Assembly (NCBI GenBank): GCA_041651035.1
Contig: JBAZKC010000001.1
Location: 387,244 to 451,243, forward strand
Direction of reading: 5' to 3'
Length of the DNA stretch: 64,000 bases
From: Candidatus Omnitrophota bacterium
Lineage (GTDB): Bacteria > Omnitrophota > Gorgyraeia > Gygaellales > Profunditerraquicolaceae
Numbering within the stretch: the first letter of the stretch is position 1; each line of letters opens with the position of its first letter. Shown here piece after piece: positions 1 through 7,996 of the stretch. Both the position numbers and the translations under genes were made by a program. The notes beneath the pieces are model-generated. The model did no database searches. It was not told the DNA's origin and was given only the letters and a program-made list of their open reading frames with translations.

Positions 1-61
1 AGCGGCTTCTCGGCATACCTAAGGAAAGCCTCGGAATACCTTCTTACAATTATGGCGTCCT

Positions 62-559
62 TCATTCCAGCTTATCTATCCCTTCCAGGAAATCTCCGAT
101 CAATTTCTTATCGTTCTCTTCTGTTAATTTCTCTTTGATTATGTATTCCGTTGCCTGCGCGGTAAGCTCTATGATATCTCCTTTTAATTCTTCCCTGGCC
201 TTAAGCAGCTCGTATTTGATATCACTGCGGGCCCGCTCGACGATTTCCTGGGCCTCCAGATGCGCTTTCTTTCTTATTTCTTCGGTGATCTTTTGCGCTT
301 CGTATCTGGTATAATCAAGCTGGCGCTTTGTTTCCTCTTTAAGCCCCTCTATCTTCTGGTTATAACCCGATTCTAATTCCGCTATTCTTGATTTCTCTTT
401 CTCTATATTTTCCAGCTCAGATAGTATTTTTTCCCGCCTGCGGTCAAGCAGCCTAAGGACGTGCTGCCAAAAGAATTTCCGTAAAAGAAAAAACAGCAGA
501 AGGAAACTGATTATATGCGCGGCGACTTGCCCGGCGTCTAAAAGTTTCAGTAATTCCAT
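62..559 (-). CDS. atpF: F0F1 ATP synthase subunit b
   Basis: 165 aa. N-terminal TM helix followed by a long charged coiled-coil (E/K/R-rich), typical of subunit b. Sits immediately downstream of the subunit c and a genes. Confidence 0.75.
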   Translation of the reverse strand: MELLKLLDAGQVAAHIISFLLLFFLLRKFFWQHVLRLLDRRREKILSELENIEKEKSRIAELESGYNQKIEGLKEETKRQLDYTRYEAQKITEEIRKKAHLEAQEIVERARSDIKYELLKAREELKGDIIELTAQATEYIIKEKLTEENDKKLIGDFLEGIDKLE

Positions 560-571
560 AACAACTCCCTG

Positions 572-802
572 TTATAGTTTACCGGAAAGGACAAAGGCGA
601 ATACCAGCGCGTAAATGGTAATGGCTTCTATAAAAGCGCAGCCTATGGCCATATTAATCAGTATTTTCGTGGCTGCTTCCGGCTGCCTGCTTATTGCCTC
701 CATCGCTGAAGCAACTGCCTTTCCCAGTCCCATCGCTGAACCTAACGCTGCTAAACCTAACATCAAAGGTAATCCTATTGCCAGAGCTACCTGAAGATTC
801 AT
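572..802 (-). CDS. atpE: F0F1 ATP synthase subunit c (proteolipid)
   Basis: 76 aa two-helix hairpin proteolipid. Gly-rich first helix (GLPLMLGLAALGSAMGLG), conserved carboxylate in second helix (AFIEAITIYALV), polar loop RQPE. Confidence 0.85.
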   Translation of the reverse strand: MNLQVALAIGLPLMLGLAALGSAMGLGKAVASAMEAISRQPEAATKILINMAIGCAFIEAITIYALVFAFVLSGKL

Positions 803-848
803 GTTTATCTCCTTTCGTTGGAATGATTGTTATAACCTCAAGCTGTAT

Positions 849-1586
849 TTAATGGCTGCTTTCACTTTCTAAAATAAGAGCGAAATATACCGTGCTTAGT
901 AAAGTAAAGACGAACGCCTGGACCACGGCCGCTACGGCTGCCAGTATAAAATTAAAAAAGAAAAGCGGGAACCCGCTTATACCGAACCCGCCTAAGACCG
1001 CCAGGAGCAAATCATCCCCCCAAATATTACTGCGTAAGCGAAGCGATAAACTCAAAGGCTTAATTAATTCGGTGATCAGATGCAGGATGAGCATTATCAG
1101 GGGTATAACGGCCGAGAATAAAACTATGCCCCTGGGCTTGCCTGCCAAATGGTCAAAATAACCGCGGAAACCAAGTTCTTTGAAAGCGGCATACTGCACA
1201 TATACAAAAACACACAGCGCGATGGCTAAAGTAACAGACCAGTTTGAAGTGGGGGACTTCATAAAAGGGAACAACCCTAAAAGATTCATGCAAAGGACAT
1301 AAATGAAAATGGTCCCCAGGAAAGGGGTAAATCTCCTTCCATTCTCCCCCAGGATACCGCAGATAAAATCATGGATACCGCTGCCTATGGCCTCCGCGGC
1401 ATTCTGGAATTTACCCGGTATAATTTCATTCTTGCGCCAGGCGATAAAAGAAATAAAACACAACAAAAATATTATCAAACAGGAAAATATCAGGCTTTCC
1501 CATTTAAGCAGGAATTTTGAGAAACCGCTGCCTCCGGATATCTCCGCTAAGATCGTAACAATAGTAGGGAATTCATGGTTATTCAT
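849..1586 (-). CDS. atpB: F0F1 ATP synthase subunit a
   Basis: 245 aa polytopic membrane protein with the subunit-a signature LSLSLRLRSNIWGDDLL (essential Arg). Gene order a-c-b. Confidence 0.8.
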   Translation of the reverse strand: MNNHEFPTIVTILAEISGGSGFSKFLLKWESLIFSCLIIFLLCFISFIAWRKNEIIPGKFQNAAEAIGSGIHDFICGILGENGRRFTPFLGTIFIYVLCMNLLGLFPFMKSPTSNWSVTLAIALCVFVYVQYAAFKELGFRGYFDHLAGKPRGIVLFSAVIPLIMLILHLITELIKPLSLSLRLRSNIWGDDLLLAVLGGFGISGFPLFFFNFILAAVAAVVQAFVFTLLSTVYFALILESESSH

Positions 1587-1596
1587 GCCTAAAACG

Positions 1597-1830
1597 CTAT
1601 TCTATCTTTATTTTCGAGGCCGCTTTAATTATAGAAACAGTTTCTAATATCGCTGCCATAAATCCTAACCCTATAGATACGAATTGCACAAAAGGCGGGA
1701 AACGAAATTTATCTATCAGGAGCTTTCCCGCGGCATACCCTAATAAAGGGGCGCTTACTAATAGCAAAGGGATAAACGATAACATACCCCAGAGTTTCAT
1801 TAAGCCGTATATACGCGCTTTTCTCGGCAT
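1597..1830 (-). CDS. small two-TM membrane protein upstream of atpB (AtpZ/AtpI-like)
   Basis: 77 aa, two hydrophobic helices, in the position usually occupied by atpI/atpZ. A hairpin plus T-run abuts the annotated ATG, so the true start may be the internal Met (MKLWGML...). Confidence 0.4.
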   Translation of the reverse strand: MPRKARIYGLMKLWGMLSFIPLLLVSAPLLGYAAGKLLIDKFRFPPFVQFVSIGLGFMAAILETVSIIKAASKIKIE

Positions 1831-1884
1831 AAAATAAAAAATGGCGTCTTTTCTTCCTTGAAAAGCGAAAGAACAAAGGACGCC
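1831..1884 (-). terminator. Rho-independent terminator-like hairpin (GGCGTC...GACGCC) followed by T-run on minus strand
   Basis: Minus strand reads GGCGTCCTTTGTTCTTTCGCTTTTCAAGGAAGAAAAGACGCC then ATTTTTTATTTT, between the stop of the 1995..2297 gene and the atp genes. An inner CTTTTC/GAAAAG stem is also present. Confidence 0.3.
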
Positions 1885-1994
1885 ACTATCCCGCGATGAC
1901 GATTGTTTTATCCTGCGAACATCATTGTTAAAATACCACCCTGCAGGAATACTTTATAAAGATAGCATATTTATTCTGTTTGTCAAGAGGCAAG

Positions 1995-2297
1995 CTATTT
2001 CTTTATCAAGAAACCTCTATTACCCGCGGCGGTTCCTTCTTTATCCCCTTGGCCGGGGCACTTTGACCTCAAAGCTGTAATTTGTTTTTTTAAAGCCATA
2101 TTCTCCGCCTTTAAAGCGGTTATCTTCTCCATGGTTTTATCTAATTCTAAAACTTCTATTCTCTTTATTATTTGCCCAAGATTATCCGATAACGCTTTAT
2201 TTTGCTCCTTTAAAGATGAAACATACCTAAAGACAGTAACGGTATTTATACAAACTAAGACCAGAAAGGCAACCAAAATGATCCTCTCATTCTTCAT
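1995..2297 (-). CDS. FtsB/DivIC-like septum-formation-initiator-type protein (N-terminal TM + coiled-coil)
   Basis: 100 aa with a single N-terminal TM helix then heptad-repeat coiled coil (LKEQNKALSDNLGQIIKRIEVLELDK...ALKAENMALKKQITALR). Architecture only. Confidence 0.3.
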   Translation of the reverse strand: MKNERIILVAFLVLVCINTVTVFRYVSSLKEQNKALSDNLGQIIKRIEVLELDKTMEKITALKAENMALKKQITALRSKCPGQGDKEGTAAGNRGFLIKK

Positions 2298-2365
2298 CTT
2301 CCACCTCTTTTGAGTTAACGGTTCTTTTTATATATGCTATAATAAAAAATACATAAAAGCAAGTT

Positions 2366-2923
2366 TCATTGTTTAATAAGTGCTAGCGTCTCGGAACGGG
2401 TCTTCTGGTTTTCTTTGAATATACCCCGTACCGCGGAAGTAACCGTCAATGTCCCGGGCTTCCTTACTCCGCGCATGGACATACACATATGCTCCATTTC
2501 TATTACTACCATTACGCCCAACGGCTTAAGTTTGGACATAATAATCTCCGCGATCTGAGTAGTCAGCCTTTCCTGGACCTGGGGCCGGCGGGATAAAATA
2601 TCTACCACGCGGGCTAACTTACTTAGCCCTGTGACACGGCCGTTCTTGGGGATGTAAGCGATATGCGCTTTGCCGATGAAAGGCAGGAGATGATGCTCAC
2701 ATATACTGTATAGCGGGATACCTTTTAAGAGGACGATCTCGTGATGTTTCTGATCTAATACCACCTCCAACTCATCCTCAGGATCCTGGCCTATTCCCGC
2801 GAAAATCTCCTCGCACATCTCGGCAACGCGCTTAGGCGTATGCAGGAGGTCTCTTCTTTTTGGGTCTTCTCCGATCGCTTCTAATATATCCTTAACCGCT
2901 CTTTCAATTTTCTTCTTATCCAT
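2366..2923 (-). CDS. folE: GTP cyclohydrolase I
   Basis: 185 aa. Conserved FolE blocks: [47 protein letters not shown]. Confidence 0.85.
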   Translation of the reverse strand: MDKKKIERAVKDILEAIGEDPKRRDLLHTPKRVAEMCEEIFAGIGQDPEDELEVVLDQKHHEIVLLKGIPLYSICEHHLLPFIGKAHIAYIPKNGRVTGLSKLARVVDILSRRPQVQERLTTQIAEIIMSKLKPLGVMVVIEMEHMCMSMRGVRKPGTLTVTSAVRGIFKENQKTRSETLALIKQ

Positions 2924-2935
2924 TTTCCCTCCGGA

Positions 2936-4330
2936 TTATTTACCTATACAAAATTTACTGAATATCTTATCTAATAAATCCCCTGAAAGCCTCCTGCCCA
3001 GGATTTCGTCTATACACGAAAGGGCGTCCTTAATATCCTGGGCCGTAAACTCTAATGATAATTTATTATTTAATACGGCTGCTTCCGCGACAAATCTCTG
3101 CGCTTCTTTGAGCGCCTCAATATGCCTGAAATTGCTGACTAAGGCCGGCTCCGGGCATACTATTTTACCGTTATAAACCAATTTAACCAGCGCGTCCTCT
3201 AAAAGATCTATATTCTTAAGCCTCTTTGCCGAAATATCAATTACACATTTGAATTTCTTCAGGATCTTTTCTTTATCAAGCTTTTGTTTTAAGTCTATCT
3301 TATTTATAACGGCAATAACCGGCTTCCCTTTAAGCTTCCTGGCAAGGGCGATGTCATCCTTAGACAGCCTCCTGCTGCCGTCAAATAATAAAATTACCAG
3401 GTCGGCAAGCTCCATATATCTTCTTGAACGGCGCACCGCCTCCTTTTCCACCAGGTCCCTTGGTTTGATAATGCCGGCGGTATCCACGATCCTTACGGGA
3501 ATACCTCTTATGTCAATGATCTCCTCTATTGTATCACGGGTTGTGCCGGGAATGGGGCTGACAATAGAACGCTCCTGTTTGAGGAGGGCGTTTAAAAGAG
3601 AGGACTTGCCGACATTGGGCCTGCCGCATACCACCACATGTATGCCCTCGCGCAGGATCCGCCCACGCTTTGAGTCCTTCAGCATCTCTTTGAGCCTGTA
3701 ATCCAGCTGGCATAACTTTTGCGAGATATTTCTAGCAGGATCCAGCCCTTCTTCGGGGAAATCAATATCCGCCTCTAGAATAGAAAGCACATCTAACAAA
3801 ATAACCCTGATCTGATTTATCTGATTAGACAAGACACCTTTTAATTGTTCAGCTCCTGTTCTCAAGGCGGAATCCGTCTTGGCGCGGATTATATCTAAAA
3901 CCGCTTCTGCCTGCGCTAAATCAATCCTGCCGTTTAGGAACGCCCGTTTAGTAAATTCGCCCGGCTCAGCTATCCGCGCGCCATTTTCTAAAACCAGGCC
4001 TAATACGCGGCGCATAGCTACTATCCCGCCATGGCAATTTATTTCCACGACATCTTCTTTAGTGTAAGACTTGGGAGCGCGCATAACCGTAAGAATGACC
4101 TCATCAACAAACCCGGCTTTCAAAGATTGATCTATGATCCATCCGTAATGAGTAGTGTAAGTCTTAAAGGCAGAGGGCTTCTTATTGCTTTTGGAGGTAA
4201 ATATCCTGTCGGCGATAGTTAAGGCATCTTTGCCGCTGATACGGACAATAGCGATACCCGCCTCTCCTATAGGAGTACAGACAGCCGCGATCGTGTCATT
4301 TATATCATATTTTATCATTTCTGAATTCAC
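2936..4330 (-). CDS. mnmE: tRNA uridine-5-carboxymethylaminomethyl modification GTPase MnmE
   Basis: 464 aa. N-terminal THF-binding domain, G domain (GRPNVGKSSLLNAL, DTAG, NKID) and the characteristic C-terminal CIGK motif. Confidence 0.9.
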   Translation of the reverse strand: MNSEMIKYDINDTIAAVCTPIGEAGIAIVRISGKDALTIADRIFTSKSNKKPSAFKTYTTHYGWIIDQSLKAGFVDEVILTVMRAPKSYTKEDVVEINCHGGIVAMRRVLGLVLENGARIAEPGEFTKRAFLNGRIDLAQAEAVLDIIRAKTDSALRTGAEQLKGVLSNQINQIRVILLDVLSILEADIDFPEEGLDPARNISQKLCQLDYRLKEMLKDSKRGRILREGIHVVVCGRPNVGKSSLLNALLKQERSIVSPIPGTTRDTIEEIIDIRGIPVRIVDTAGIIKPRDLVEKEAVRRSRRYMELADLVILLFDGSRRLSKDDIALARKLKGKPVIAVINKIDLKQKLDKEKILKKFKCVIDISAKRLKNIDLLEDALVKLVYNGKIVCPEPALVSNFRHIEALKEAQRFVAEAAVLNNKLSLEFTAQDIKDALSCIDEILGRRLSGDLLDKIFSKFCIGK

Positions 4331-5690
4331 CTACCACAAATAATGAACCGCAAACCAAGATCAGGTCTTCTTTTCCCGCGATACGCCCGGCTAAGGCTTT
4401 TGCTTCCTTAACGCTGCCAGTCATATGCTTATCTTTGCCATTAAAATACCCTGCCAAGGCCTCTGGTTCTTGAGCGCGGGGATTATGGGATTTCGTTAAG
4501 ATAACCTCATCCGCTAAATCATACAATTCCCCGCATATTCCTTTTATATCTTTATCGCTGGAAATACCCAATACTAAAATTAATCTTTTATATCCCTTCC
4601 CGAAAAAAGCTCCTCCCTTAGAAGAAAAATTATCTTTAATTGTTTCTTTCAGCGTTTTCGCGGAAGCGGCATTCTGCGCTCCGTCTAAAACCAGGAAAGG
4701 ATGCTGCGATACGACTTCACACCTTCCCGGCCAGACGGTATTATAAAGGCCCCTTCTTATGGAATCCGCGCCCACATTTATATTATGCAACCGCAATGCC
4801 TCAATTATGCCTACCGCGGCGGCAGCATTGATCAACTGATGGCTTCCTAAAAGATTTATCTTTAAATCCGGGTACTCGCCAAAGATCCCCTTAACGCTGA
4901 ATCCCGTGCCTGTTCCTTGCAATATTATATGCTTGCCCACCTCATATAATATTGCTCCCGTTTCTTTGCATTTATTCCTGATGACTTCTATTGCCTCTGG
5001 TTCCTGAGGAGCGGAAATCACGATTGGCCCCGGGCCCCTGGCCCCTGCTTTTTGTTTTTTTATAATCCCCGCTTTTTCCGTTGCGATAGCCCTTAAGGTA
5101 CCGCCAAGTTTCTGGGTGTGCTCATAACTTAAAGAAGTGATAACGCAGGCATAAGGATTGACTACGTTGGTAGCGTCCAGCCTGCCGCCTAAACCGGTCT
5201 CTAGAACCGCGAAATCAACCTTTTGCTCTTTAAAGTAGACAAATGCCAGAGAGGTATAAACTTCGAAAAAAGAAAGCGGGCCATACTTTGAATTCTTATT
5301 GTATTTCTCTATAGCCGGCTTTAACCTGGAGATTAAACTTGTTACCTCGCATTCCGGGATCATCCCCTCAAAATCGGGGTTCTGATCCCCGGCTTTTGGC
5401 CCCGGGCTTAAAATCCTTATTCTCTCGCGGAAGTCTGATAAATGCGGAGAAGTATATAACCCTGCTTTATAGCCCGATTCTCTTGATATATGGGCAATAA
5501 AAGCGCAGGTTGAGCCTTTGCCTTTTGTGCCTGCGACGTGTAAGCATTTTAAGGATCCCTGAGGATTGCCTATTATATCCAAGAAGCCCTTTATGCGTTC
5601 TAACTTTAAAGACTCTTTATACGGATAGGCGGGTATTCTTTCGTAGTTAATAAATGATCCCAGATATTTGACAGTTTCCAGATAGGACAT
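4305..5690 (-). CDS. folC: bifunctional folylpolyglutamate synthase / dihydrofolate synthase
   Basis: 461 aa Mur-ligase-family protein with P-loop HVAGTKGKGST, LETGLGGRLDATNV and VLDGAQN motifs typical of FolC. Confidence 0.8.
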   Translation of the reverse strand: MSYLETVKYLGSFINYERIPAYPYKESLKLERIKGFLDIIGNPQGSLKCLHVAGTKGKGSTCAFIAHISRESGYKAGLYTSPHLSDFRERIRILSPGPKAGDQNPDFEGMIPECEVTSLISRLKPAIEKYNKNSKYGPLSFFEVYTSLAFVYFKEQKVDFAVLETGLGGRLDATNVVNPYACVITSLSYEHTQKLGGTLRAIATEKAGIIKKQKAGARGPGPIVISAPQEPEAIEVIRNKCKETGAILYEVGKHIILQGTGTGFSVKGIFGEYPDLKINLLGSHQLINAAAAVGIIEALRLHNINVGADSIRRGLYNTVWPGRCEVVSQHPFLVLDGAQNAASAKTLKETIKDNFSSKGGAFFGKGYKRLILVLGISSDKDIKGICGELYDLADEVILTKSHNPRAQEPEALAGYFNGKDKHMTGSVKEAKALAGRIAGKEDLILVCGSLFVVGEFRNDKI

Positions 5691-5693
5691 GCA

Positions 5694-7250
5694 TCAATGC
5701 CTGAAGTGCCTTATTCCCGTAAACACCATGGAAATCTTATATTTATCGCAGGCCTTAATTATATCCGCGTCGGATATTGAGCCTCCGGGCTGGATTATAG
5801 CCGTAATACCTGCCTTGGCCGCTTTGACAATCGCGTCGGTTTTAGGAAAGAACGCGTCTGAAGCTAAACAGGAATTCTTAGTTAAATTTCCCGCTTTGAT
5901 CTTCGCGATCGCCACCGAATCCACCCGGGACATCTGACCTGCTCCGATACCTACGGTTTTGGTCCCGCGGGTAAATACAATAGCGTTGGATTTTACGTGT
6001 TTTGCTACTTTCCACCCGAAAATAAGGCTCTCCATTTCTTTCTTAGTCGGCTTCTTTTTTGTGACTACTTTAAGATTTCCTGGATCCAGCGTGCTTGAAT
6101 CTTTATCCTGAAGCAAGAGGCCGCCGCTTACGCGTTTAAATTCGGGTTCGTTTATAGGCATTAAATCATTTAATTCCAATAAACGCAGGTTCTTTTTATC
6201 TTTAAATAAACCGGCCGCCTCTTTGGCGAATCCGCAAGCGATAATACATTCCAAGAAACCGCTCTTGCTTAAGGCCTTGGCGGTCTTAATATCTAATTCT
6301 CTGTTTAACGCCACAATCCCTCCGAACGCGGAAAGCGGGTCGCACTTACGGGCCGCGATAAAGGCCTTCTCCAATACCTTATCCTCTGCTACGCCGCAGG
6401 GATTATTATGCTTGACGATAACTGCCGCCGGGTTGTTAAATTCCTTAACCAGCTCAAAGGCGGCGTTTAGGTCTAATATATTATTAAAAGAGAGTTCTTT
6501 GCCCTGCAGTTGTTTTAAATTTATTAACCCCCTGGATTTTCCTTTTTCTTTATAGAAAGCCGCTTTCTGATGGGGGTTCTCGCCATAACGCACATCCTGG
6601 ATTTTCTGGAAATTTAAATTTAATTCCACGGGAAAACCAGAGGACGCCGGCATACTCTTAAAATAGCCCTTCAGGTAGTTATGGATTGCCCCGTCGTAGT
6701 GGCTGGTAAGCCCGAATACTTCAATAGCCAGATCACGCAAGGTCCTTCTGGATAACATACCTTTATTATTTTTTAGCTCCTCAATGATCTGGCCGTACCT
6801 ACCGGGATTAGAAACCACGGCCACATCTTTGTGATTCTTAGCGGCGGAACGTAACATAGAAGGCCCGCCGATGTCAATATTCTCGATAATTTCCTCTATG
6901 GTGACATCCGGTTTCTGCGTGGTCTTCTCGAACGGATAGAGATTCACCACTACCATATCAATAAGGCCGATAGCCTGCTCTTCCAATACCTGCATATGCT
7001 CCCTGCTGCCCCTTAACGCCAACAACCCGGCATGTATCTTAGGGTGCAAAGTCTTTACTCGTCCGTCGAGCATCTCGGGAAAGCCCGTATATTTTGAGAC
7101 TTCTTCAACGCCTATATCATTATCCCGTAACAACTTCGCGGTGCCGCCCGTCGAAAGTAACTCAACCCCGAGCTTCCTTAACTCTCCAGCAAATTCCAGG
7201 ATCCCCGCCTTATCTGAAACACTGATTAACGCGCGCTTAATTTTAACCAT
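5694..7250 (-). CDS. purH: bifunctional AICAR formyltransferase / IMP cyclohydrolase
   Basis: 518 aa. N-terminal MGS-like IMP cyclohydrolase domain (RALISVSDKAGILEFA...STGGTAK) and C-terminal AICARFT domain. Ends ...GIRHFRH. Confidence 0.9.
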   Translation of the reverse strand: MVKIKRALISVSDKAGILEFAGELRKLGVELLSTGGTAKLLRDNDIGVEEVSKYTGFPEMLDGRVKTLHPKIHAGLLALRGSREHMQVLEEQAIGLIDMVVVNLYPFEKTTQKPDVTIEEIIENIDIGGPSMLRSAAKNHKDVAVVSNPGRYGQIIEELKNNKGMLSRRTLRDLAIEVFGLTSHYDGAIHNYLKGYFKSMPASSGFPVELNLNFQKIQDVRYGENPHQKAAFYKEKGKSRGLINLKQLQGKELSFNNILDLNAAFELVKEFNNPAAVIVKHNNPCGVAEDKVLEKAFIAARKCDPLSAFGGIVALNRELDIKTAKALSKSGFLECIIACGFAKEAAGLFKDKKNLRLLELNDLMPINEPEFKRVSGGLLLQDKDSSTLDPGNLKVVTKKKPTKKEMESLIFGWKVAKHVKSNAIVFTRGTKTVGIGAGQMSRVDSVAIAKIKAGNLTKNSCLASDAFFPKTDAIVKAAKAGITAIIQPGGSISDADIIKACDKYKISMVFTGIRHFRH

Positions 7251-7273
7251 TTAATTTCCTTTTCTTAATAAGA

Positions 7274-7975
7274 TTACTTATTAAAACGAAAGTTTACCAG
7301 GTCCCCATCCTGCATTATGTAATCTTTTTGTTCCAGCCGGAGTTTCCCGGCCTGTTTAGCCTGATTCTCTCCGCCTGATTGGATAAAATCGTCAAAACTT
7401 ATGATCTCCGCCCGGATAAAACCTCTCTGTATATCGGAATGTATCGCCCCTGCCGCCTCCCAGGCGGTAGCCCCTTTTTTGATCATCCAGGCGCGGGTCT
7501 CTTTTTCTCCTGTGGTAAAAAAACTGATGAACCCGCCCTCCAGAACACATCTTGCCAATAAACTATTTAAATCTTCCAGATCTTTCTCTTCTGCTAGAAT
7601 AACCGGCTTGCTGGTGATCGGGGCATAGCCGGAAACCAGCTTTTGCTCTTCTTCATTAAGCACTATGCTGGAAATAAACTCTTCCTTTTCCAGGGCTGCT
7701 TTCAATTTACCAAGCAGGACTTTTTCTTTCTCCTCTACAGCCCTGGCTAAACGGGTCTCCATAAATTCCAGGTCTTTTAAAATAAAATCGGCCCTTAGGT
7801 CTTTTAAGGCAAGGACCGCGTCGGCATCTACGGAAGCAGTTTCGCTTACCAATTCGACCTGAATGTATGTTTTCTTCTTAGCCTTGGTTATCTTATCGAC
7901 TTCGTCAAGCCGGCTGTTTTTAACATTGTGTTTGCCAAGTGAAATACCGGCAATAGAAAATACGCTTATTTTCAT
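7274..7975 (-). CDS. YchF-like protein lacking the G-domain core (helical + TGS domains only)
   Basis: 233 aa. The C-terminal ~100 aa aligns closely with the YchF TGS region ([13 protein letters not shown]...[23 protein letters not shown]). The N-terminus retains only a scrambled P-loop remnant ([12 protein letters not shown]); switch I, DxxG and NxxD/E are absent. Only 22 bp separate it from the upstream gene, so no missing exon or frame. Confidence 0.6.
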   Translation of the reverse strand: MKISVFSIAGISLGKHNVKNSRLDEVDKITKAKKKTYIQVELVSETASVDADAVLALKDLRADFILKDLEFMETRLARAVEEKEKVLLGKLKAALEKEEFISSIVLNEEEQKLVSGYAPITSKPVILAEEKDLEDLNSLLARCVLEGGFISFFTTGEKETRAWMIKKGATAWEAAGAIHSDIQRGFIRAEIISFDDFIQSGGENQAKQAGKLRLEQKDYIMQDGDLVNFRFNK

Positions 7976-7996
7976 TTGATCTCTCCTGAAGGATTA

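Noticed and set aside
892-1647. Plus-strand ORFs 892..1161 and 1303..1647 inside the atpB region
   Set aside because: They lie antisense to a well-supported atpB gene and have low-complexity, Lys/Arg/Ser-rich translations typical of shadow ORFs.
3249-4222. Plus-strand ORFs 3249..3701, 3879..4067, 4031..4222 antisense to mnmE
   Set aside because: Shadow ORFs opposite a high-confidence gene, with no motifs and atypical composition.
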